From positions 1-30,428 of the forward strand of contig CAWHPS010000066.1 of NCBI GenBank assembly GCA_963831235.1: a DNA stretch of 30,428 bases. Reading direction: 5' to 3'. The position numbers were made by a program, and so were the translations under genes. Origin of the DNA: an uncultured Fibrobacterota bacterium (GTDB lineage: Bacteria; Fibrobacterota; OXYB2-FULL-49-7; JAEUSG01). Below are positions 23,017-30,428 of the stretch, one piece after another (within the stretch, counting starts at the first letter, position 1; each line of letters opens with the position of its first letter). The notes under the pieces are model-generated. The model searched no databases, had not been told where the DNA came from, and saw only the letters and a program-made list of their open reading frames with translations.

Positions 23017-24951
23017 TCACTGTGAAAGTATTTTAACAAGTTTTTCTTTGTGTTCAAAATACTCTTTTGACATTCCGTAAAGCAGTGCCTTAAGATGCAC
23101 ATCAGGAAGGGGAATCTTCCGTTGAAGGTCAGTAATCTGTGGTCTGCCTTTGACCAGAATTTTCAACACCTTTGTTTCATGAGCGACATCCGGGTTACTT
23201 GTATCTTTGAGCACCTTACTGTGGTAGACCGCTATTTTTTGGGCTATCTTAACCAACAATTCCTGGATGGTTTCCAGGCATCGTATGTTAATTGAAGTTT
23301 TTGTTTCAGTCCCGGAGTTCCTAATAAAAATAGCACCAACACTCTTTTTCTCCGAAAGCACTGATAGATAAAGCATGTCTATGTCGTCCTTGAAGATACA
23401 CTCTTCAATACTACCCTTAAAGCCCTGCTCTTTTTTCAGTTGGCTAAACTCTTTTATTGCAATGGCCTTGTCGGCATTAAAGACAGGGCTCCCGCGTTGA
23501 AAAAGCTTTTTATTCACGAGGTAGGTGTAAAATGTCTTCTTGTAGCCTTCTTTATACGGACTGCAGATATCCTTGACAGAAATCTCGTATTTCCTTATGC
23601 ACGCCAGTGCAGTGAGCCCCGTAAGAAGGCCATTACCGCAAAAAACTGTTTTCCCGTTGACTTTTATGGGGATGATTACGTGCCCTGATTCCTCGGCACC
23701 AATAACCAGCTTGTCTTTCTTACCCACTGCTTTGACCACCCACTTGTCTCCCACACAGGCAAGCCTGGTTTTAATTTTCAGATCCCTGCTAACTGAGTAT
23801 CCTGCCATCAAGTCACTCTCCACAGTATTCACAAATACCTGATTTTTGACTCCCTGTTTTCTTAGGCACCTGGCAAGGATATAACTGAGCTTATCTCCAT
23901 TCAGGACATAAACCATGCCTTCAGGCTGGTTATGAACAAGCAGGTAGCATCTATCACCGTCACCGTCAAGAACTAGACCGTAGGAACATTTTTTCTGCAG
24001 CATTTCCCTGACCGATAGCGGGAGAGAGGTTAATTCTTCGCGTAAAACATCGAATTTCTCAAGGCCTTCCAGCATTGCCACACCGCCGCCCTGGTTGATA
24101 TTCTTGCCGTTAGGGACATCATTGATACAGGCCGCTTTTATTTTCAGGGTCCAACATATCTGCTTTCCAAATACTGTGCCTGCACCATTCGCAGGATCAA
24201 ATACAAGATTTGTCCCTTTCAAAGAGGAGGCAAAGGGAATGTTCAAGATAGTTGCATTCTTTAGGGCTGTCCCGGCTTTTTCCGCAACATAATGGTTTTT
24301 TCCTCTGACCTCATAGTTTTTCTCTTCTAGCAGCTGCCTGTACATATACGCGGTAATGCTGTAATCCCCAAACATGCCTTCAGGTAGCACCTTAAAACCA
24401 TTAACAAAAAACTTCATCCCGTTCTGGTTACTCGGATTATGCGAGGCGGTTAAAGCAACAGCTGCTTTGAGCCCGGTAGCTGTCATGAAGATCGGAACAC
24501 CCGGGGTCATCATGACACCTGCATCATGGACATCAAGTCCAGCGAGGTTTATCCCGGCTGAAAGCGCGGATTTGAAAGGTTTGCCTTTCATATAGTCCCT
24601 TCCATCCTCACCAATAAGCACTCCATCTCCGATTTTCAGCACACCTGTGTCTATAAGCACCTGTGAAAAAGCATAAGCCGCATTCCTTACAAAATCAGGC
24701 GTTAATTTGTTCTCGCAGGAAAATATCTGCAGGAAATTTCTTCCGGGCGATTGGCCTTCCAACGATACAACGCCGCGAATACCGTCAGTACCGTGGACTT
24801 TCACGCGGCTCTGCAAGAGCCGATAGTCCATGTTTTTGATGAGCTTTGCATTCTCCCTGACTTTTGCAAGATCTATCACGCACGGGGCAAGCTGCTTCTG
24901 AAATATTTTGCTTTTAAGCAGCTCTTTCAATTCTGCGTTTTCAAAAAGCAC
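23017..24951 (-). CDS. alpha-D-phosphohexomutase family protein (phosphoglucomutase/phosphomannomutase/phosphoglucosamine mutase-like) with N- and C-terminal extensions
   Basis: GTDGIRG N-terminal motif. Active-site phosphoserine loop TASHNP. Sugar-binding loop GAEESGH. Phosphate-binding IRNSGTE. 644 aa, against about 450 for typical members. Confidence 0.85.
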   Translation of the reverse strand: MLFENAELKELLKSKIFQKQLAPCVIDLAKVRENAKLIKNMDYRLLQSRVKVHGTDGIRGVVSLEGQSPGRNFLQIFSCENKLTPDFVRNAAYAFSQVLIDTGVLKIGDGVLIGEDGRDYMKGKPFKSALSAGINLAGLDVHDAGVMMTPGVPIFMTATGLKAAVALTASHNPSNQNGMKFFVNGFKVLPEGMFGDYSITAYMYRQLLEEKNYEVRGKNHYVAEKAGTALKNATILNIPFASSLKGTNLVFDPANGAGTVFGKQICWTLKIKAACINDVPNGKNINQGGGVAMLEGLEKFDVLREELTSLPLSVREMLQKKCSYGLVLDGDGDRCYLLVHNQPEGMVYVLNGDKLSYILARCLRKQGVKNQVFVNTVESDLMAGYSVSRDLKIKTRLACVGDKWVVKAVGKKDKLVIGAEESGHVIIPIKVNGKTVFCGNGLLTGLTALACIRKYEISVKDICSPYKEGYKKTFYTYLVNKKLFQRGSPVFNADKAIAIKEFSQLKKEQGFKGSIEECIFKDDIDMLYLSVLSEKKSVGAIFIRNSGTETKTSINIRCLETIQELLVKIAQKIAVYHSKVLKDTSNPDVAHETKVLKILVKGRPQITDLQRKIPLPDVHLKALLYGMSKEYFEHKEKLVKILSQ

Positions 24952-25114
24952 TATATTGTTATCTTGCCAACTATCTATAAAAAAAAATATTCTTGTTTTT
25001 CAAATCCTGCAGGCTAGGTATATGCATCTATTTTTAACCCCTTTTAGCTTGGTTTGGGAATAATCTGATCATAAATAAACTTATATGTTTTTGTGAAAAA
25101 CCTTAAACAAGTAT

Positions 25115-26071
25115 TTACGCGGGTTTTACAACAAGCCGCTTGCTCCAGTAATCAAGCAGGCTCTGCAATGTGTCCTTAAAAGCTATTTGCGGCTTCCATC
25201 CGATATCAACATTGATTTTATCGTTGCTGCCGACAAGCAAAGGCATATCATATTTGCGCGCAAGGTTCATGTCCATGCGGACTTCCACCTTGACATCAGA
25301 CATGCGGATAAGTTCCTCAAGCATCCACCGTAGCGAAAGCGCACCGCCGGAACAGACATTGTAAGCCTCACCGGGTTTTCCATTTTCAATCAGCATGGAA
25401 TAGGCATGGGCAACATCCCGCACATCAAGAAAATCCCGTTCAACCTCAATGTTGCCGGTGTAAATCACGGGTTCGCTGTTAAGAAGTTTCACCTCCATAA
25501 GCCTTCGAGCAAAACCTGAAAGTACAAATGAATCGCTTTGCCCTGGCCCTGAATGGTTGAAGGATCGTGCTATTATAATCTTTTGTCCATAAGTAATAAA
25601 ATACTGCCTTGCCAGGAGTTCGCAGGCTGCTTTGCTCACTGCATAAGGGGTTTCGGGTTTAACTGGGTGGGTTTCTAGCCGCATTATATTGTCGTGATCC
25701 GGGAGGCCATAAACCTCTCCGCTTGAAATAAAAAGAATGCGCGGTGTAAGGTTTTCAAGTCGGACAGCTTCGATTAAATTAAGCCATGACATAACATTTG
25801 TCTGAAATGTATCGTAAGGTTTCTTTACTGATTGGGATACGGAGGTAAGTCCTGCCAGATGAATGATTTTTCTAGGTCGTTTATCCCGTATAATATCCCT
25901 TATTTTTTCCGATGACAATAAATCAGCCTCAATAAATTGTATTCTATCCTCTTTTGGCATATCAGACGCTGCAATATCCAGGCAATGAATCTGGTATGAA
26001 GTGTTTTTCAGGAAATAATCAACCACATGCCGGCCAACAAACCCATTTGATCCTGTTATTAGAATGGACAT
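25115..26071 (-). CDS. NAD-dependent epimerase/dehydratase family protein (nucleotide-sugar epimerase/reductase)
   Basis: Rossmann motif ILITGSNGFVGRHV. Catalytic YAVSK (YxxxK). SFNHSGPGQ motif typical of sugar-nucleotide 4-epimerase/4,6-dehydratase/reductase members. Confidence 0.85.
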   Translation of the reverse strand: MSILITGSNGFVGRHVVDYFLKNTSYQIHCLDIAASDMPKEDRIQFIEADLLSSEKIRDIIRDKRPRKIIHLAGLTSVSQSVKKPYDTFQTNVMSWLNLIEAVRLENLTPRILFISSGEVYGLPDHDNIMRLETHPVKPETPYAVSKAACELLARQYFITYGQKIIIARSFNHSGPGQSDSFVLSGFARRLMEVKLLNSEPVIYTGNIEVERDFLDVRDVAHAYSMLIENGKPGEAYNVCSGGALSLRWMLEELIRMSDVKVEVRMDMNLARKYDMPLLVGSNDKINVDIGWKPQIAFKDTLQSLLDYWSKRLVVKPA

Positions 26072-26148
26072 GATTTTTTCCCCTGTTTATGAATTTAAAA
26101 CACGTAAAGATAACATTCTATCTGAATACCCGCAAATAGTATATTTGT

Positions 26149-27600
26149 GTGACAATCATGTTTGATCATATAAAACGACTGCTTACGCACACCATCATAT
26201 ATGGCCTTGGAAATTTTATTTCCAAGGCAATCATGTTCCTTCTTGTGCCTCTTCTTACAAATACCATCAACCCCATTGAGTTCGGTAAATTCAGTATTGC
26301 CCAAACCTTTATCGGCCTTGCCGAGGTATTCTTCATGCTCGGCATGCGTCAAGCCATTCTGCGCTATGCTGTAAAAGACGAATACTCGCGATCTCAGGTA
26401 TTTTCAGCCGGTGTTGGCTGGATAATACTTGCCTCAACTTTTTTCTTCGGAATACTTTACGCAACAGGTGGTCCGCTTAATCGACTTCTAACGCTTAATT
26501 CCGACACCATATTCAGAAACATGATGTACATCCTTGTTCTTGATGCGCTTTGCAATGCACCTTTCGCGGAATTACAATCAGAACAGAAATCGGGTTATTA
26601 CATCATGCTCAGGTTCGCCCATGTAATCGTATATTTCGGATTAAGCCTGTATTTCGTGCTTGTCCTTAAAAGAACCGACGTCAATGCGATATTGGAGGCC
26701 AATATCGCAGCATCTGCATTTCAATTCCTATGCAGCCTTCCTGTTTATTTTCGTCTCTTCAGGCCTGGTTTTAACAAGCCCCTTATGAAAGGAATGGTAC
26801 ATTTCGGCCTGCCCTATGTGCCAAACCTTATCTTTGTAATCATCATTGACTTAATTGACAGGGTGCTTGTAAGCCGATGGCTCAGTCTTGAAGCAGCAGG
26901 ATATTACAGTGCAGCATATAAATTCGCCAACCTTATGTACACACTTGTGACTGCTTTTCAGACAGCCTGGCAGCCTTTTTTTCTTTCCCATCTCAAAACA
27001 CAGGAGGGAGACAAGCTCTTTTCCCGTGTTTTAACTTATTACTGCCTGACTGCTGCACTCATTTTCATTGGCATGGGACTGTTTTATCGCGAGATAGCTG
27101 CAATCCATGTGCATGGATTTTCTGTAATTGGGCCAAGCTACACAAAAGGCCTGTATGTGGTACCGGTCCTTCTTCTGGCTTATGTTTTCTGCGGTGTTTA
27201 CTACAACTTTCTTGTAGGGATTTATGTCAAAGAAAAAACCTTTTACACCCCGATAATTACTTTTATTGGAGCTGCACTAAACGTTGGGGCCAACTATTAT
27301 GCAATCCCCAGGTTCGGTATTATGGGAGCGGCTCTTGCGACACTATTATCTTATGCGGCCATGTCTTTTATTCTCTATCCGATCTCTATGAAATTGCGGC
27401 AAATAAATTATGAATGGGGCCGCATAGTCAAAATCATTGTGGCTGTTGTAATAATTTATATGCCAGGTTTCATTATTGGCACATTGGTTTTAAAAATAAT
27501 CTGCGCGCTTCTTTTCATACCCGTGCTTTATTTGATTAAGTTTTTTACAAAAGATGAGATTGAAAGAATGAAGCAACTTGTAAAACGCACATCCCATTAA
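26149..27600 (+). CDS. polysaccharide biosynthesis protein / oligosaccharide flippase (Wzx-like, PST family)
   Basis: 483 aa with about 12-14 TM helices. N-terminus (IIYGLGNFISKAIMFLLVPLLTNTINPIEFGKFSIAQTF...) typical of the PST/Wzx family. Confidence 0.8.
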   Translation: MTIMFDHIKRLLTHTIIYGLGNFISKAIMFLLVPLLTNTINPIEFGKFSIAQTFIGLAEVFFMLGMRQAILRYAVKDEYSRSQVFSAGVGWIILASTFFFGILYATGGPLNRLLTLNSDTIFRNMMYILVLDALCNAPFAELQSEQKSGYYIMLRFAHVIVYFGLSLYFVLVLKRTDVNAILEANIAASAFQFLCSLPVYFRLFRPGFNKPLMKGMVHFGLPYVPNLIFVIIIDLIDRVLVSRWLSLEAAGYYSAAYKFANLMYTLVTAFQTAWQPFFLSHLKTQEGDKLFSRVLTYYCLTAALIFIGMGLFYREIAAIHVHGFSVIGPSYTKGLYVVPVLLLAYVFCGVYYNFLVGIYVKEKTFYTPIITFIGAALNVGANYYAIPRFGIMGAALATLLSYAAMSFILYPISMKLRQINYEWGRIVKIIVAVVIIYMPGFIIGTLVLKIICALLFIPVLYLIKFFTKDEIERMKQLVKRTSH

Positions 27601-27657
27601 ATTATATTACAAAACCTGGAGAATTATGAGAATTCAAAAATAAACTGATAAAAATTC

Positions 27658-29397
27658 ATGACCCCGATTGAACGCTTAAATACTGTTGACGATAAGATAA
27701 CAAGTTTTGAATCATCATTTGTTCCAAGCGCCACTTACGAACAAAAGGTCCTCTGGCATGATTTAAAAGGCAGCATTGACGAAATACTAAGGGAGCGCAA
27801 GGCTCCGCACATCATGCGGATTATACAGCTACCCCTCATACTTATAGCCACTCCTGAAATTGTTTCCCTGCCGAAAAATATGGGTAACCTGGCTAATGTC
27901 ATTGCCACAGGAGATGGCGGCGGTCTGGCGGATATTTCATCAGCACTTGTAAAAGAACTTGATCGTCAAGGTGTCAATGTACATGTCGCGCTTCCCGAAT
28001 ATAAACACCTTTTCGAAGACCTTGCGCACATCAGCCATAAGAACTATGAAATGCTTAAAGCAGAGATTGATGATCAGAACCGGATACACCTTATTGAGGA
28101 CGGTATTTTTGAAGTTGCCACAAGAGTATATAATGATGCGCATGATCATCTTGATAAAATAGACTTGCGACGGGCAAATGCATTTCAGCGCGGAATCATA
28201 CACAGGCTCTTTCCGCTTTTAAAACGCGCGCATAACCATATTCTTGTGCATTGCAACGACTGGATGACAGGAATTATTCCAGCTGCTGCAAAATATAATG
28301 GCATAAAAAGCCTTATGACCTTTCACAATATATTCACGCAATTTCAATGGCCCAAAGGCCTTCACAAGCATGGCATTAATATCGAACCGTTCTGGACATA
28401 CCTTTTTTTCAGGCACCATCCACATACTTTCGGACAATCATTTGAAGCCAACTACGAAAACAATGACGTTGATTTTATGACATCAGGGCTATTTGCTGCT
28501 GATTTCATAAACACAGTAAGCCCCACTTTTCTAAAGGAGATAGTGGAAGGGTATTTCGAGGAACACTACATGATCCCAACTTCCATGCGCGAAATGATCA
28601 GGGCGCGTAACAAGGAAAGTTCGGCAGTCGGAATCCTGAATGCACCGGAACATATGGCGGATCCGCGCCTTGACCCTTTGATTGTCCAGAAATACTGGTA
28701 TGAGGACACAAACGACCCGGCAATCGTGAACATTACGGAAGGGAAAAAACGAAATAAGGAGCATTTCCAGAAAGCCATGGGACTTGAGGTTGCATCGGAT
28801 AAGCCCTTGTTTTACTGGCCATCCAGGATTGCAAAGCCTCAAAAAGGATTTGAACTCCTTTTGCACCTTATCCCCCATCTGATGCACCATTTCAACATGC
28901 AAATTGCAGTGGTCGCCAATGGAGATCTTTCTCTAATACCAGGAATAGAACATTGGCAGAGAACATTCCCCGGCCGGATAAGCTACAGACCATTTAACCG
29001 TTCCTTAAGTCAAATCGGCAAAGCTGCTTCTGATTTTCTTTTGATGCCTTCTCTTTACGAACCCTGCGGTATACCCCAGGTCGAAGCTCCTCGCTATGGT
29101 ACTCTGCCGATTGTACGCCGCACAGGCGGCCTTGCAGATACTGTTGAACAGCTTAGCAATAACGGCATCATGGGTAATGGATTCGTTTTCCAGGATTTCA
29201 TACCAAGCGGTTTATGGTTTGGTATTCAAAGGGCTATTTCTTTTTATAAAAGAAAAGATGAGTTTAAACTCAATGTTCAAAAGAGGATCATGAAGGAAAG
29301 TTTCGCCCGTTTCAATATCCAGGCGACTGCCAAGAAATATATTGAGGTTTATGAACAAGTATTCCGCAGAACCGAACCTGGACTCAAGGTGATTTAA
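27658..29397 (+). CDS. glycogen/starch-synthase-like glycosyltransferase (GT5-type N-domain plus GT1-type C-domain) with N-terminal extension
   Basis: Glycogen-synthase N-terminal signature (GDGGGLADISSALVKELDRQGVNVHVALPEY, compare KTGGLADV...LP.Y). C-terminal EPCGIPQVEAPRYGTLPIVRRTGGLADTV is nearly identical in pattern to GlgA EPCGLTQLYALRYGT.P.VR.TGGLADTV. Confidence 0.8.
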   Translation: MTPIERLNTVDDKITSFESSFVPSATYEQKVLWHDLKGSIDEILRERKAPHIMRIIQLPLILIATPEIVSLPKNMGNLANVIATGDGGGLADISSALVKELDRQGVNVHVALPEYKHLFEDLAHISHKNYEMLKAEIDDQNRIHLIEDGIFEVATRVYNDAHDHLDKIDLRRANAFQRGIIHRLFPLLKRAHNHILVHCNDWMTGIIPAAAKYNGIKSLMTFHNIFTQFQWPKGLHKHGINIEPFWTYLFFRHHPHTFGQSFEANYENNDVDFMTSGLFAADFINTVSPTFLKEIVEGYFEEHYMIPTSMREMIRARNKESSAVGILNAPEHMADPRLDPLIVQKYWYEDTNDPAIVNITEGKKRNKEHFQKAMGLEVASDKPLFYWPSRIAKPQKGFELLLHLIPHLMHHFNMQIAVVANGDLSLIPGIEHWQRTFPGRISYRPFNRSLSQIGKAASDFLLMPSLYEPCGIPQVEAPRYGTLPIVRRTGGLADTVEQLSNNGIMGNGFVFQDFIPSGLWFGIQRAISFYKRKDEFKLNVQKRIMKESFARFNIQATAKKYIEVYEQVFRRTEPGLKVI

Positions 29398-29419
29398 TCA
29401 AGGTAAGTCAGATAGGACT

Positions 29420-29884
29420 TTAATTCAATCGTTTTCCGGCAATAAACCCTGCCAGTTGTTTCTCGTATTGTCCTGTTGTCATGCAATCAAGGCGGCGATC
29501 CATTCGCCCTGTCTTATTTTTATGTTCACCTGTAAATTTCGTATTAAAGCTTACCACGCCATTACTGATTACAATTGACAGAACAATTCTTATGCTTGAT
29601 GCCGGGTCTTTTATAAACGGCTTATTATAATAAGTGCCACAGTCGCACTCCTCTTCCATAAATTTTGCTTCATGTGGGGCGGTCGTGATGATTCCCTCAT
29701 TGGGGTTCTTTGATTCCAGTTCATACCCGAGCGAGGTCAAAACCTGCACAGTCTTATTGAATAAAATCTCGCGCGTACCTGCAATTTCAAAAATAAATGT
29801 TGTTGGGTTTTGCATGGGAGGCCTGTAGCCGCCGGTGCAAGAAATAAGCATCGCAAATAAAACAAGACAAAGTAATATTCTCAT
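29420..29884 (-). CDS. hypothetical lipoprotein
   Basis: ORF 29420..29923. Likely start at the internal Met, giving MRILLCLVLFAMLISC (lipobox). No recognisable family. Confidence 0.5.
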   Translation of the reverse strand: MRILLCLVLFAMLISCTGGYRPPMQNPTTFIFEIAGTREILFNKTVQVLTSLGYELESKNPNEGIITTAPHEAKFMEEECDCGTYYNKPFIKDPASSIRIVLSIVISNGVVSFNTKFTGEHKNKTGRMDRRLDCMTTGQYEKQLAGFIAGKRLN

Positions 29885-30018
29885 ATACCTCTCCCCCGGT
29901 TTAACCTGAAATTTATTTGACAAATATACATTTTACAGAACTGTGCTGCAATAATATGGAAAAACTATTGATGTTTATATTATTTAATGCCTAAAAGCAG
30001 AATCTAAGGGCAAGGCAT

Positions 30019-30428
30019 ATGGTCCAGAAGAAAAATACAATCAGCATGCCGGTAATCAACCAGTCCTCTTCACATGAAAAGGCGTCTGTTGCTTTATTAT
30101 CAGTTATCTCAAATTCGCTGCTAGTTGCACTCAAGGTTTTAGTTGGAGTTTCAATAGGTTCAGTTTCTGTCTTATCCGAAGCCATCCATTCCGGAGTGGA
30201 TTTGCTTGCGGCATTTATAGCGCTACTAGCTGTACGGGCTTCGAGCAAGCCTGCGGATAAAGATCATCCATTTGGACATGGCAAGTTTGAAAACCTGTCC
30301 GGTACCATAGAAGCTCTTTTGATTTTCTTTGCTGCGGCCTGGATTATTTACGAAGCCATTAAACGGCTAATCCATCCTGCTCCGCTTGACTATCCGGAAT
30401 GGGGCGTTTTAGTGATGCTCATCTCATC
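30019..30428 (+). CDS. cation diffusion facilitator (CDF) family metal efflux transporter, 5' partial (runs off window end)
   Basis: Translation MVQKKNTISMPVINQSSSHEKASVALLSVISNSLLVALKVLVGVSIGSVSVLSEAIHSGVDLLAAFIALLAVRASSKPADKDHPFGHGKFENLSGTIEALLIFFAAAWIIYEAI carries the CDF TM1-TM3 signature (…SEAIHSGVDL…DKDHPFGHGKFE…). It is absent from the ORF track because there is no in-window stop. Confidence 0.7.
   Translation, partial: MVQKKNTISMPVINQSSSHEKASVALLSVISNSLLVALKVLVGVSIGSVSVLSEAIHSGVDLLAAFIALLAVRASSKPADKDHPFGHGKFENLSGTIEALLIFFAAAWIIYEAIKRLIHPAPLDYPEWGVLVMLIS

Noticed and set aside
23012-23029. Short inverted repeat TACTTTCAC-t-GTGAAAGTA followed by a T-rich run, between convergent genes 22068..22994 and 23017..24951
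   Set aside because: The stem is short and AT-rich, the loop is 1-5 nt at best, and it overlaps the stop codon of the minus-strand gene. That is too weak to call a terminator.
29991-30248. 85-aa minus-strand ORF
   Set aside because: Antisense to the partial CDF transporter gene, which has a strong family signature.
1-30428. Searched by eye for CRISPR repeat-spacer periodicity, tRNA-like cloverleaf regions, rRNA fragments, transposase/integrase ORFs and long direct or inverted terminal repeats
   Set aside because: None found. The only exact repeats seen are the 12-bp tandem at 8216..8239 and the two short palindromes reported above. No ORF resembles a transposase, integrase or Cas protein.

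Overview
This 30.4-kb window reads as a chromosomal accessory region from an FCB-superphylum, Fibrobacterota-like bacterium. Overall GC is roughly 40-45% by eye, with one clearly GC-richer gene. The taxonomic inference rests on three things. There are several two-component-regulator-propeller (Reg_prop) secreted proteins. There are T9SS-type C-terminal sorting domains ending ...KKILLQK / ...KAILLQK. And there are two paralogous TIGR02147-family ('Fibrobacter succinogenes paralogous family') proteins. Gene order from left to right is as follows. A partial Tat-signal protein (minus strand) sits at the window edge, followed by a DUF985 cupin. Cassette 1 is a TIGR02147 protein translationally coupled to a repeat-rich lipoprotein with a carboxypeptidase-regulatory-like N-domain, followed by a Reg_prop/T9SS protein split by a frameshift in an A8 run and a second T9SS cargo protein. 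Next come a small 4-TM protein and a Reg_prop lipoprotein (minus). A HigB(Gp49-like)/HigA(XRE) toxin-antitoxin pair follows. Cassette 2 is a second TIGR02147 protein with a CarbopepD_reg/NHL-like lipoprotein and a small lipoprotein. The SPFH/band-7 protein plus PflX-like radical SAM pair and a TonB_C-like secreted protein plus MenA-like prenyltransferase pair follow. A ModABC-type molybdate/tungstate ABC transporter with two tandem binding proteins comes next. An ECF sigma factor is followed by what looks like a split anti-sigma factor (N-domain ORF plus a periplasmic PQQ-like beta-propeller ORF whose reading frame is open 78 codons upstream of any start). The right end is a polysaccharide cluster: phosphohexomutase with extensions, NAD-dependent epimerase/dehydratase, Wzx-like flippase and a glycogen-synthase-like glycosyltransferase. 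The window ends with a lipoprotein and a partial CDF cation-efflux gene. No rRNA, tRNA, CRISPR array or obvious transposase was seen. The most interesting signals are the duplicated TIGR02147-lipoprotein cassettes with a shared upstream motif, the two apparent frameshift-split genes, and a strongly Shine-Dalgarno-led 42-codon sORF that contains a perfect 17-bp hairpin.
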